In this document: in pieces, positions 47,886 to 57,364 of the stretch
Layout of the letters: each line of letters begins with the position of its first letter
How positions within the stretch are numbered: the stretch's first letter is position 1
DNA from: an uncultured Actinomycetes bacterium
GTDB lineage: Bacteria; Actinomycetota; Acidimicrobiia; Acidimicrobiales; RAAP-2
Length of the DNA: 64,000 nt
Direction: 5' to 3'
Assembly (NCBI GenBank): GCA_903860915.1
Contig: CAIOSJ010000008.1
Location: 36,573 to 100,572, forward strand
The notes under the pieces: model-generated
What the model saw: the letters and a program-made list of their open reading frames with translations, nothing else
The model's database searches: none
Told to the model about the DNA's origin: nothing
Made by a program: the position numbers and the translations under genes

Positions 47886-48391
47886 ATTTTCAGCGGTCCC
47901 GCGTCGGCGAATCCCTGACGAATTCCCATACCGGCGCGTTGACTGAGTTCCTCGGGGTCAAAGAGCATCCAGTAGGCGTTACGCGCGTGCGAGCGGGAGC
48001 GATTTTCAAAAACACTCGCGAGAACGATGGGGTCTTCGGCTTCGTCTTCATGGACGAAGACTTCCAAGATGGGAATTCCGGTGAGGACTTGGGCCAGCAT
48101 GATACCCAGCGCAGCTTCGTGGGCGCACTGTTTGTCAATGGCCGCACTACCGGGCATGCCCAGCGCTACGACAATGGAGCACTGCTCTTTTTCGATGAGG
48201 TTCTTCGCGGCTACTGCAAGGTCCTTGAAACCAGGTACGGTTCGGGCAATGGTGGTGAAAGTCTCGCCGTATCCGGGGCACTCGGCCAACTCGCCGAGGG
48301 CCGCCGCGCCCATGTTGAATCGAGCAAACATGGTATCCACCACGCCGATACGCACAATTTTGCTCGATACGCTTGTTTTCTTTTTTCCCAC
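47882..48391 (-). CDS. ribC: Archaeal-type (lumazine synthase-fold) riboflavin synthase
   Basis: IGVVDTMFAR, RTVPGFKDL, ALGMPG..AIDKQCAHEA..GIMLAQ, ILEVFVHEDEA, AGMGIRQGFADAGP match archaeal RibC motifs; RBS GGAGGA. Confidence 0.92.
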   Translation of the reverse strand: MGKKKTSVSSKIVRIGVVDTMFARFNMGAAALGELAECPGYGETFTTIARTVPGFKDLAVAAKNLIEKEQCSIVVALGMPGSAAIDKQCAHEAALGIMLAQVLTGIPILEVFVHEDEAEDPIVLASVFENRSRSHARNAYWMLFDPEELSQRAGMGIRQGFADAGPLKI

Positions 48392-48504
48392 GGATCCTCC
48401 AATGGTCGTAGGTTGAAGTCTAGGGCTCGATTAGATAAGCGTTCTCTCAGGTTCGTGACTTGGCGTCGACGTCGTGACCTCCGCCGACCGTCAAAATTGA
48501 CCTC

Positions 48505-50301
48505 GTGCCCGCTACTCACGAAGAAGCTAGGCGTTGGAGCTGGCGCCCTGTTGTACTCATCGTGTTGTCGTACACGGCACTCGCGAGCTTTTACTTTTGG
48601 CATCTTGGGCTGCTGAGCAACAGTCAAATTGTGAACTCCAATTCTGGAGATTCAGTGCAACAAGTCTGGTTCCTGGCCTGGGCGTCGGCGGCGATTCTGC
48701 ACGGACACAACATATTTGTGACGCACGCCATGAATTACCCCGATGGGGTGAACCTATTCTCGAATACTTCGATGCTGCTGCTCGGCGTTCTCGCAGCCCC
48801 GCTCACGTGGTTGGTCGGCCCGGTCGCAAGTTTTGGCGCACTGCTACGACTTGGTTTCGTCGCCTCCGCTCTGAGCGCCGCTTCGGCGACGCGTCGTCTC
48901 GGGAAATCATGGTCGTCGTCGTGGCTCGTCGGTTTACTGTTCGGGTTTGGATCGTACCGAACGTCGGTCGGAATGACGCACGTTTTTGCGGCCGTGGACG
49001 TCACTACGCCGTGGCTCCTGTTTACCCTGATACGCCTGTCCCAGTCTCGTTGGTCGCTGCGGCGTTCCGGCGTGATGCTGGGTCTGTTAATTGGTCTGGG
49101 CGGTTTGATCTCCTTGGAACGATCAGTGATTTACGTCGTCGTCGTGGCGGCCTGCGGGCTGGTGGCCTTGATACGAGGTCGCAGTCGAGCAACCTTGCAG
49201 AGCCTGGGCGAAACCGGTGGCTGGCTGACAGTGGTGGCTGTTTCAATTCTGGCCCTACCCACCTATTTTTATTTATGGGGTCCCCAGGCGCTACACAAGA
49301 ATCCGCACTCCAGCGATTTTTTCGCTAGTTTCACGACAACATGGCGTGATGTATTGCAGCCGGGACCAAGTCATTTATGGTCTCCAGTGGGGCACCAGGG
49401 GCTGGATGTCGCTGCGATTTCTGGAGTGTGGAGCAATCCCTCCTACCTGGGAATCCCCTTGATTGTGGCGGCGGGTATCGGCGCATATCGACGGAGGCAT
49501 GAACCCCTGACGCGCGCGGCCGTGGGTCTGAGCACTCTGCTTGTAATGATCAGCATGGGGAGAAATCTTCCCATGCTCGGGAATGTTTCTCTGCTGAACA
49601 CTCCGTCGTGGGTGCTGGGCCACGTGCCGCTGGTGGGGAGTATCACCCCGGACCGCTATATGAATACGGGCACGCTCGTCATTAGTTTTCTCGCAGTTGG
49701 GGCCTTCGACGGGGCTCGCCGTTGGCGACAACATCTAGTTCGCTCCGGCCTCGCTGCACTTGTGGCCCTCGCCCTCGTTGTGTCTATTCTCCCCGCGGCT
49801 AGTTACCCAGTGGTAGCAACGGGTGAGTGCACGTGGTTATCCAGTCCGGAAGCGCACAGCGTCATCACCCAGAATGCGGTTGTTGTGGCTTACCCCTACC
49901 CCATGGGTGTCTTTAATCAGGGCATGCTTGATCAGGCGCAGTCGGGTATCTACTACCGATTAGTGGGAGGCTACGCCATTGTCCCCAACGCCCACAGTGT
50001 CCTGAGCGGGGTGGCTCCGTTACGGCCCTACCAGGTCTTTGACACCTTGACCAGGGCCTACCTCGGCCCCCTGTCCGGGCCCTCGAGTACCTATCCTTTC
50101 AAACTCGGCGAGATTCCACCCTACGGTGCCGCAACGGCCGGGGTTTTTAGGAAATTCGTGAGGATGCACCATGTGAATTTTGTGGTCTATCAAAATGTTG
50201 GTGCGTACCCCGAACTGGCGCGCCTCTATCTCGGTCGGGCATTTGGCGCGGGGCGAGTTTTCGACCACGGCCAGGTCGTCGTATGGAAGGTGTCAAAGTA
50301 A
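48505..50301 (+). CDS. Multi-TM membrane protein, probable GT-C (YfhO-like)
   Basis: First TM followed by GDSVQQVWFLAW and NYPDGVNLFSNTS loop; about 11 TMs; YLG motif; C-terminal soluble domain. Confidence 0.65.
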   Translation: MPATHEEARRWSWRPVVLIVLSYTALASFYFWHLGLLSNSQIVNSNSGDSVQQVWFLAWASAAILHGHNIFVTHAMNYPDGVNLFSNTSMLLLGVLAAPLTWLVGPVASFGALLRLGFVASALSAASATRRLGKSWSSSWLVGLLFGFGSYRTSVGMTHVFAAVDVTTPWLLFTLIRLSQSRWSLRRSGVMLGLLIGLGGLISLERSVIYVVVVAACGLVALIRGRSRATLQSLGETGGWLTVVAVSILALPTYFYLWGPQALHKNPHSSDFFASFTTTWRDVLQPGPSHLWSPVGHQGLDVAAISGVWSNPSYLGIPLIVAAGIGAYRRRHEPLTRAAVGLSTLLVMISMGRNLPMLGNVSLLNTPSWVLGHVPLVGSITPDRYMNTGTLVISFLAVGAFDGARRWRQHLVRSGLAALVALALVVSILPAASYPVVATGECTWLSSPEAHSVITQNAVVVAYPYPMGVFNQGMLDQAQSGIYYRLVGGYAIVPNAHSVLSGVAPLRPYQVFDTLTRAYLGPLSGPSSTYPFKLGEIPPYGAATAGVFRKFVRMHHVNFVVYQNVGAYPELARLYLGRAFGAGRVFDHGQVVVWKVSK

Positions 50302-50350
50302 TTTCGCCGTCTCCTCGAGGCTCTAGTCTGAAAGCAACAAAGGAGCGAAG

Positions 50351-51655
50351 ATGGCTTGGGATTTTGAAACTGAACCGGAGTTTGCAGCACAGCTGGACTG
50401 GATGCGGGATTTCGTCAAGCGAGAGGTATTTCCACTGGAAACTCTGCACCTTTCGTACGACAGGGTGAGAGAAATTATCAAACCACTACAGGAAGAGGTC
50501 AAGGCTCGCGGTCTCTGGGCGGCGCACCTGCCCGCGGAAATGGGGGGCATGGGTTTCGGTCAAGTGCGCCTTGGTCTCATGCACGAAATTTTGGGACAGA
50601 GCCCCTACGGCCCGGTGGTTTTTGGAAACAACGCGCCCGACAGCGGTAACGCCGAACTTCTCGCCGCCGGCATGGAAATGACGGGACGTCACGACATTCG
50701 AGAGCGCTGGATGCAGCCGCTACTCGACGGTAAGATTCGCTCCGGCTTCTCAATGACCGAGCCCCACACCGCCGGAAGTGACCCCCGTCTGCTGGCGACG
50801 ACCGCGACGAAAGATGGTGACCAGTGGGTCATTAACGGACGGAAGTGGTACACCACCAATGGATCAGTCGCCGACATCTTGATCGTGATGGCCGTGAGCA
50901 ATCCCGACGTACACCCCTATCAGGGCTCCTCGATGTTCGTGGTGCCCGTCACCACCCCGGGTCTCACGATTTTACGTGACGTCGGGGCTATGGACGATCC
51001 GCAAGTGACCTACGGACGCTTTGGCAATCACGCCGAAATTCTCTACGAAGACGTGCGCATTCCAGCCGACCACTTGATTGGTCACGAGGGATCAGGCTTC
51101 CTCCTAGCCCAGGCCCGACTCGGCCCGGGCCGCATCCACCACTGCATGCGGTGGCTGGGCCAGAGTCAGCGCGCCTTCGACATGATGTGCGAGCGCGCCC
51201 TGAGCCGCTTCACCCACGGGTCCTTGCTCAGTGAGAAGCAGACGATTCAAAATTGGATTGCCGACTCGCAAGCCGAGATGCACGCGGCCCGACTCATGAC
51301 CCTGCACGCCGCGTGGAAGATGGATCAGGTGGGTGCGTCGGCCTCGCGTAACGAAATCGCGATGATCAAGTACTACGGCGCCACGGTGCTGCACAACGTG
51401 ATCGACCGTGCGATTCAAACCTACGGATCGCTGGGCTACTCGGCTGACATGCCGCTCGAGGCGATGTACCGCGCCGCGCGCGCAGCTCGTATTTACGACG
51501 GACCCGACGAAGTGCACCGTCAGACGGTGGCGCGCCGCGCTCTGAAGAATTACACCCCGAGCGACATCCCGACTGATCACATTCCCACGCGAGCTGCGGC
51601 CGCGAGAGAGAAGTACGCCGACATTCTCGAGTTCTGGGAATCTGCGGAAGCCTAA
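50351..51655 (+). CDS. Acyl-CoA dehydrogenase (ACAD10/11, FadE2-like)
   Basis: MAWDFETEPEF, FGNNAPDSGNAE, FSMTEP..AGSDP, AQARLGPGRIHHCMR, ARIYDGPDEVH; RBS AAGGAG. Confidence 0.93.
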   Translation: MAWDFETEPEFAAQLDWMRDFVKREVFPLETLHLSYDRVREIIKPLQEEVKARGLWAAHLPAEMGGMGFGQVRLGLMHEILGQSPYGPVVFGNNAPDSGNAELLAAGMEMTGRHDIRERWMQPLLDGKIRSGFSMTEPHTAGSDPRLLATTATKDGDQWVINGRKWYTTNGSVADILIVMAVSNPDVHPYQGSSMFVVPVTTPGLTILRDVGAMDDPQVTYGRFGNHAEILYEDVRIPADHLIGHEGSGFLLAQARLGPGRIHHCMRWLGQSQRAFDMMCERALSRFTHGSLLSEKQTIQNWIADSQAEMHAARLMTLHAAWKMDQVGASASRNEIAMIKYYGATVLHNVIDRAIQTYGSLGYSADMPLEAMYRAARAARIYDGPDEVHRQTVARRALKNYTPSDIPTDHIPTRAAAAREKYADILEFWESAEA

Positions 51656-52605
51656 AAACCGAGGTCCGCGAGTCGTTGGTCGAGCCAGTCCACGAGGAGT
51701 TGCTCATCATGAAGTGCGTCGTCGGAGCGCGTGGACCTGAGGCGATGCACCGGGCGCTCGACCCGGTCGAGCCATAGGCCACCACCCGGCGCTGGGGGCG
51801 TAACCGTGGCGAGCCAGAGAGCCCCGTCAACTCCCTGCAGAGCTGTTCGCAGCAAGGGGGAGGCGAGGCGATTGAAGAGCGGCAAACTGGTGGCCACACC
51901 CGGTGTCGCAGCCCAACCTGGGTGTACGGCGTAGAACAGACGCCCCGTGGGAGGCTCTCGGCGCTGTAGTGCGGCGCAAAGAACGACCTGAGCGCGTTTA
52001 ACTCGGGCGTAGGCGACGGAACCACGGTAGCCCTCGGATGACGCCTCGAGCGTGTCGAGGGTGAAGGGCTGCGTGTACATGCCTCCTGATGTCATGAAGA
52101 TAATTCTCTGACGCATCTGCGTTACGGGGGTACCCATGGCTCGGGTGATGAGATAGGGCGCGAGCAGATGCACCGCCAGGGTCTGTTCCACTCCGTCGGC
52201 ACTTTGACCGTAGGAGAGTGCGAGGGCACCAGCGTTGTGCACGAGCGCGTCAATGGGACCACGTGCGCTGAGTCGCTGGGCGAGTTCGTGCGCCTCGGTG
52301 AGAGAACTGAGGTCGTAGCGCCAGGCTTCGCCCCGAGATCCCCAGGATTCTTGGAGTTCCGCGAGGGCGGTTTCATTGCGCCCGACCGCAATGACGTGGG
52401 CTCCCCGCTCGATAAGTACTTGAGCTCCCGCCCGTCCGAGTCCGGAGGTGGCACCCGTCACGACCACGACCCGCCCATCGAGACGAGGAATATCCGGCCA
52501 GGACTGAAGAGGTCGGCGAACGAGGGGCCCGAGTCGCGAAAAGCTGCCGATGACACTCGCCTCCAGGATCCGATCAATCCCCTCGCGAGCCGGGATTATT
52601 CTCAC
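51652..52605 (-). CDS. Short-chain dehydrogenase/reductase (DHRS12-like)
   Basis: VTGATSGLG, LVHNAG, MTSGGMYTQ, YARVKR (YxxxK), HPGWAATPGV. Confidence 0.88.
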   Translation of the reverse strand: MRIIPAREGIDRILEASVIGSFSRLGPLVRRPLQSWPDIPRLDGRVVVVTGATSGLGRAGAQVLIERGAHVIAVGRNETALAELQESWGSRGEAWRYDLSSLTEAHELAQRLSARGPIDALVHNAGALALSYGQSADGVEQTLAVHLLAPYLITRAMGTPVTQMRQRIIFMTSGGMYTQPFTLDTLEASSEGYRGSVAYARVKRAQVVLCAALQRREPPTGRLFYAVHPGWAATPGVATSLPLFNRLASPLLRTALQGVDGALWLATVTPPAPGGGLWLDRVERPVHRLRSTRSDDALHDEQLLVDWLDQRLADLGF

Positions 52606-53558
52606 GATTGAGGTGCGAGCCCCTCAATGGCGTCACCGAGGTCAACCCCGATGGGGATGACGGCCAGCGTGGGAATATCGACACCACCGTCGATGTAACG
52701 CTGGACGTGGGCTCGACACTGGTCGAAGGAGCCGTGGATAATGAGCTCGTCGACGACTTCGTCGGAAATAAGCGTGTTGGCGGCCTTGCGGTCACCTGCG
52801 GCCCAGGCGTCCCACATGGGTTGCAGGGCGTCGCCGCGTCCAAGCCAGCGGTGAAATTCGGCGTAGGCGTGAACCGTGAGGTAGGAGGAAATCATGCGTC
52901 GCGCCACCATACGAGCGAGGTCGGCGTCTTCGGTGGGAATAACAAAAAGTCGAGCGGCGATGGTCTTGTCCGCACCCACTTCGGCCCGGCACTGGGCGAC
53001 GTCGGCCGCGGAAAGCCAATTCAAGATTGCCCCGTCAGCTTCACGACCCGCCAAACGCAGCATCCCTGGGCGTAAGGCTCCGAGGAGAATCGGCGGCCGT
53101 GCGGCCACTGGTCGGGCGAGTTTGAATCCGTGGACTTCGACGGTCGGGAAGACTTCGTCGATCTTCTCGCCATCCAAAGCTCTCTTTACAAAGCGCAAGA
53201 CGTCGCGGGTCTTGGCGTAGGGATCTTTGTACTCAATCCCATTCCAGCGCTGTACGACGGGCAGAGAGGAGGCGCCGAGTCCCATCGTGAAACGACCCGG
53301 GGCCGCTTCGGCCATAGCTGCAATACTCATAGCCATAAGGCCCACGCCGCGGGTGTACACGGGGGTGACGGCCACACCTAATTGAAGGCGGGGTTCCCAA
53401 GCGGCGGCTAATGCCAGTGGGGTGAAGCCGTCGGTGCCGTCAACTTCGGCGGACCAGACGTCGGTGTAACCCAGGTTGGCAATGCGGTGGAACCACTCGC
53501 GATGTTCCGCCAAAGTTATGCCATCGAAGGGAATAGTGAGGCCGTAGCGCTGAGTCAT
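52602..53558 (-). CDS. F420-dependent luciferase-like oxidoreductase (Rv3093c/TIGR03841-like)
   Basis: YGLTIP, LGYTDVWSAEVDGTDGFTPLALAA, PVYTRG, GALRPGML, YAEFHRWLGR; cofD/cofE are in the same window. Confidence 0.85.
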   Translation of the reverse strand: MTQRYGLTIPFDGITLAEHREWFHRIANLGYTDVWSAEVDGTDGFTPLALAAAWEPRLQLGVAVTPVYTRGVGLMAMSIAAMAEAAPGRFTMGLGASSLPVVQRWNGIEYKDPYAKTRDVLRFVKRALDGEKIDEVFPTVEVHGFKLARPVAARPPILLGALRPGMLRLAGREADGAILNWLSAADVAQCRAEVGADKTIAARLFVIPTEDADLARMVARRMISSYLTVHAYAEFHRWLGRGDALQPMWDAWAAGDRKAANTLISDEVVDELIIHGSFDQCRAHVQRYIDGGVDIPTLAVIPIGVDLGDAIEGLAPQS

Positions 53559-53614
53559 ACCTCTAGTGTTTCAGAGTTTTCAAGCGACGGGCGGATTCGA
53601 AAGGCCTGCCTCGT

Positions 53615-54517
53615 TTAGAGGTGGTCGCGCAGGGCGTCGACCGCGCGCTGCATCGCCGTCACGGCACCGGGAATGACCTGGGGGAAAGCGAAGAAGCCGT
53701 GCATCTGGTCGTCGTGGCGGTCCAGAGAAACGGAAACATCCATTTCGCGCAAGCGCTCCGCGTAGGCCAAGCCCTCGTCGCGCAGGGGGTCAAATTCGGC
53801 GACGACGAAGTGCGCCCGCGCCGTGGCGGCGATAGTCGCCTCGTCCGCGAGTAGGGGGCTCACGCGAGGGTCGGTGCGTTGCCCCGGGGTGGTGTACATG
53901 TCTGCAAACCAGTGCATTACCGCGGCCGAAAGTAGGTAGCCCTCGCCGAAAGTGGCGTACGAGTCGCTGTCGCCCGCAATATTGGTAATGGGGTAGACCA
54001 ACAACTGAGTGGCAATGGCTGATCCAAATTTCTGGGCTACGGCCGCGGCGAGGTTGCCGCCGGCGGAGTCTCCACCCACCGAAATTCTCGCAGCGTCAAT
54101 GCCGTACTGTTCGGCGTTCACCTGCATCCACCGTACCGACGTTTCGGCGTCGTCGTGGGCGGCAGGGAAGGGGTGCTCAGGAGCCAAGCGGTAGTCGACG
54201 GAAAGCAGGTGGCAACCGAGAGCAGCGGCGAGGGCGTCAGTATGGCCGAGGGACTGCTGGACCGATCCAATGACCCATCCGCCACCGTGGAACCAGATCA
54301 TCACCGCTGATGAAGCATTAGGCGGCGACATCAAGACGGCGGGAACTCCTTCGAGGTCGAGGTCTCGGTGGGAGCAGAGAAATTCGCTGGGCGGAAGCGC
54401 GGTGTCCAACATGGCCATTCCGGCTCGCAGGGCGACGTGGTCGAACCCGCCCTTTACTGCACCGGAGGAACCGACGACGAGGTCGTTGAGGAATTGCGAG
54501 GCGGGATCTAATGGCAT
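53615..54517 (-). CDS. HSL-family esterase/lipase
   Basis: HGGGW, VDYRLAPEHPFPAA, GDSAGG, FDPLRDEG, HGF; RBS AAGGAG. Confidence 0.93.
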   Translation of the reverse strand: MPLDPASQFLNDLVVGSSGAVKGGFDHVALRAGMAMLDTALPPSEFLCSHRDLDLEGVPAVLMSPPNASSAVMIWFHGGGWVIGSVQQSLGHTDALAAALGCHLLSVDYRLAPEHPFPAAHDDAETSVRWMQVNAEQYGIDAARISVGGDSAGGNLAAAVAQKFGSAIATQLLVYPITNIAGDSDSYATFGEGYLLSAAVMHWFADMYTTPGQRTDPRVSPLLADEATIAATARAHFVVAEFDPLRDEGLAYAERLREMDVSVSLDRHDDQMHGFFAFPQVIPGAVTAMQRAVDALRDHL

Positions 54518-54544
54518 GATGCTCCTTTGACGGGTGACTGAATC

Positions 54545-55318
54545 CTAGGACCGGGCGCCGAAGTTGGGTGAGCGTTTGGCGGAAAAAGCCGCCAGCCCCT
54601 CCGTGAGGTCGGCCGAATCGAGTGAGGCGAGTTCGAGGGCGGCTCCGAGTTCGCTGACGTCACGAGCCTCCACTAAGTGATTTAGTACGGCCTTAGCGGC
54701 GCTCTGCGAGAAGGCTGAACGCGAGATCAGGGTTGTGAGTAGTTGGTCAATCGCGAGGTCGAGATCTTCGTGCACGGAATTAATGAGGCCCCAGTTCAGA
54801 GCAGTCGAGGCGTCGAAGATGTCGGCGAGAAAGAGAATCTCTCGCGATGTCGCGGTGCCGACGGTAGCGACGAGTCGCTGTAGGGCGGCCGCGGGGTAGG
54901 CAATGCCGAGCCGAGCGGGCGTGACGCCAAACTGGGCCGTGGTGCTGGCGACACGTAGGTCACAGGCCAGGGCAATTTGCACGCCACCCCCGACGCAGAA
55001 CCCTTCGATGGCGGCAATGGTCGGGAAAGGGAGCGAGGCTATGGCGTGTTCGGCCGCGGCATTGACGGCTCGGTAATTCGACCCATCGTGATCGGCCGCC
55101 AGTGTGCGTCCGAGGTTGGCGATGTCGGCGCCGGACGAAAAGTGACCACCTCGTCCGCGAATGACAAGAACTCGGATTTCGCCGTTGGCGCGCGCCACCT
55201 CGGATAGTTCATTAAGTTTCTTCCACATGTCGAGGGAGATGGCGTTGCGGCTCTCCACTCGGTCGAGCCACCAGGTGGCCACTCGTCCGTCGGCGCTGAG
55301 CTCGCTCGTAATGCTCAC
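54545..55318 (-). CDS. Enoyl-CoA hydratase/isomerase family protein
   Basis: NAISLDMW, FSSGADI, AIEGFCVGGG, CDLRVA, FGVTPARLG, EGLAAFSAKRSPNF. Confidence 0.9.
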   Translation of the reverse strand: MSITSELSADGRVATWWLDRVESRNAISLDMWKKLNELSEVARANGEIRVLVIRGRGGHFSSGADIANLGRTLAADHDGSNYRAVNAAAEHAIASLPFPTIAAIEGFCVGGGVQIALACDLRVASTTAQFGVTPARLGIAYPAAALQRLVATVGTATSREILFLADIFDASTALNWGLINSVHEDLDLAIDQLLTTLISRSAFSQSAAKAVLNHLVEARDVSELGAALELASLDSADLTEGLAAFSAKRSPNFGARS

Positions 55319-56394
55319 GTCGCTTCTCCGTCTAACCCGACGGCCCGACGGGCTACTCGGATGCTCTCGAGCCAGCCGCGACCACGAATGGAGTCCGGCT
55401 CGAGGTAGTTACCCTCAGCCCACTCATTCCAGCTCTTCACGACAACCATTTGCTGATCCTTCGGGCGCCGTAGTTCGTCGGCCAATGCTTCTTCGAGGTG
55501 CTGGGCAAACTTGGTGGGGGCGGCGTCGATGATGACCGATCCGCGCCGTTGACTTCGCGGCGTATTGTCCCAATTCGGCTGCACGCTGGCGTGGACCACA
55601 CCTTCGATTTTGCTGACGGGACGAGGGAGTCGGATCGCGTAGCGGTACCGGGCCGGACCGAAGTGCTCTGACCATCCACGGAGGCGGTCGCGCAGGCGAG
55701 TGAGCGGTGTGTGCTGGAAGGGGAACTGAACGTACAGACCCGCGTCGAAGCCGTCGGCGTGGTGCGAGGTGTACTCCACGCCCCAGGGCTTTCCTTCAAT
55801 CCACGCCACCAGGTAGAGGCCCGCTAGCCCGGCCTCACGAGCCATTGTCTGCCACATCGTGACGAAATCGGCAGGGTTGGGGAGGTCAGTCGGTCGGAAT
55901 ATGAGTAAGACCGGGCGACCATCGCGAGTGACGTAACGCCTGTCTTTGAACGCGGGCAGCAGCCGGTCGAAATGCTCCTGGTGGTCGCTTCGACCCGGGT
56001 AGGTCTGCTCAATCAGGATGCGATCGGGGGCTCCGTGCCAGACGCCGGACCAGGTTTGATTCGCCCAGCCGACAAAGAAGGGGAAGTCGGGTTCTCCGCT
56101 GGCGAGCACCTCATCGAGGGGCTGTTCGAGTAGTTCTCGCCCCGCGAACCAGTAGTGCCAATAACAAAATGAGGTCACGCCGTATTCGCGAGCGAGGGCC
56201 GCCTGAGCCGAACGGGTGGTGGGTTCGAGGAGTGAGTAGTAGCCCAGTTCACCTGGTTGAATGGGCTGATGGTGGCGTCGGAAGAGTGACCGAGCTTTGC
56301 GGACATTTGTCCATTCGGTAAAACCCTCACCCCACCAGGCGTTGTTCTCAGCTATGGGATGAAACTGTGGAAGGTAGAGGGCCGAGAGTTCCAC
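55315..56394 (-). CDS. WbsX / glycoside hydrolase family 99-like protein
   Basis: YLPQFHPIAENNAWWGEGFTEWTNV, FCYWHYWF, WANQTW, PNWDNTPR, SWNEWAEGNYLEPD; GTG 56394 chosen. Confidence 0.9.
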   Translation of the reverse strand: MELSALYLPQFHPIAENNAWWGEGFTEWTNVRKARSLFRRHHQPIQPGELGYYSLLEPTTRSAQAALAREYGVTSFCYWHYWFAGRELLEQPLDEVLASGEPDFPFFVGWANQTWSGVWHGAPDRILIEQTYPGRSDHQEHFDRLLPAFKDRRYVTRDGRPVLLIFRPTDLPNPADFVTMWQTMAREAGLAGLYLVAWIEGKPWGVEYTSHHADGFDAGLYVQFPFQHTPLTRLRDRLRGWSEHFGPARYRYAIRLPRPVSKIEGVVHASVQPNWDNTPRSQRRGSVIIDAAPTKFAQHLEEALADELRRPKDQQMVVVKSWNEWAEGNYLEPDSIRGRGWLESIRVARRAVGLDGEAT

Positions 56395-56404
56395 GATGAC
56401 GACG

Positions 56405-57328
56405 TTAGTGAGACCGTGCTGGTGGGTCAATTGGCTCGTAGTTAGCGACGAAGTCAGCGAGCGGCATCTTGCAGCCGGGCTCATCTGAGTAGAGCGCCGT
56501 CATGGTGTAGCGGGTGAGTATTTCGAGACCACTGCGGCGATGATTTTTGTCAATATCGCTCCATGAAGTCGGCCCGAAAGCACTGCTGTCACGAAAGTTG
56601 GTCGACGACGGCCGCGTCACGTCAATTGCCATCGAGTTCAGCTTTCGCCAGGTGGGGTGTATGGCCATGGCGTAGGTTCCAATGGCCGCCAGTTGCCCTT
56701 TGGCGTCATTGAGAAGTTCTTCGTAGGCAACGAAGTGAACATTCTGATCGCGCAGAGATAAGAAAACAGAGTGGTGTCGCTGGCACCATTGTTCAACCTC
56801 GTCGAGAAAGGGGTTCTTGGAAGCGGGGTCGTACCAACCCAAGGCCACGACCGAACGGGCTATTTCGAAGGGGTGCCGCGTGAGAACGATCACGGGATTG
56901 TGGGGCCGGTAGCGACGAACTTCAGCGGCAATAGCCATAGCTCGGACGTCCTTCACCACGGTTCGTCGCACCAGGTGGGCCGTATTCAACTGGTCAATCC
57001 AGGCGCCGTGAAATGCCGCGCCACCCTGGAGCGCGCGGATGACCTCGAGGGTGGCGGGGTGGGCACCTTCGGGAAGGGGCGTCGTAGCGGCCTGCTCACC
57101 GGTCACCACTCCTTCACTGACGTTGGCTGGTTCGTACATCAGTCGAGTGCCGGGTGGCGACACGAGCATTTCGGCGAGCCACGTAGAACCGCTTCGTTGC
57201 CACGAAGTGATCCACAGCGTGCGTCGCGGATTGGGTCGCAGGACCAAGATCCACGAGCGAGACTTTGTCCGCCAACGTTTTTTGAGGTAGCGCCCCTTCC
57301 AGCGCAGGCGAAGGAGAACGGAGATCAC
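56405..57328 (-). CDS. PAPS-dependent sulfotransferase
   Basis: 5'-PSB loop SWQRSGSTWL; YEP; VKD; 3'-PB LTRHPFEIARS; VAYEEL. Confidence 0.82.
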   Translation of the reverse strand: MISVLLRLRWKGRYLKKRWRTKSRSWILVLRPNPRRTLWITSWQRSGSTWLAEMLVSPPGTRLMYEPANVSEGVVTGEQAATTPLPEGAHPATLEVIRALQGGAAFHGAWIDQLNTAHLVRRTVVKDVRAMAIAAEVRRYRPHNPVIVLTRHPFEIARSVVALGWYDPASKNPFLDEVEQWCQRHHSVFLSLRDQNVHFVAYEELLNDAKGQLAAIGTYAMAIHPTWRKLNSMAIDVTRPSSTNFRDSSAFGPTSWSDIDKNHRRSGLEILTRYTMTALYSDEPGCKMPLADFVANYEPIDPPARSH

Positions 57329-57364
57329 CTTGTCATTGTGTCAGACGGAGCCCACGACCTTGCT

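Noticed and set aside
47882-48391. Lumazine synthase RibH
   Set aside because: Lacks RibH motifs (VPGAFE, GxVIRGxTxH) and carries CAHEA, VHEDEA and RQG of archaeal riboflavin synthase
48392-48504. FMN riboswitch upstream of the riboflavin synthase
   Set aside because: No AGGGC-GGGTGAAATTCCC or GCCGAC-GT-AGTCCG core on either strand, and the region is too short
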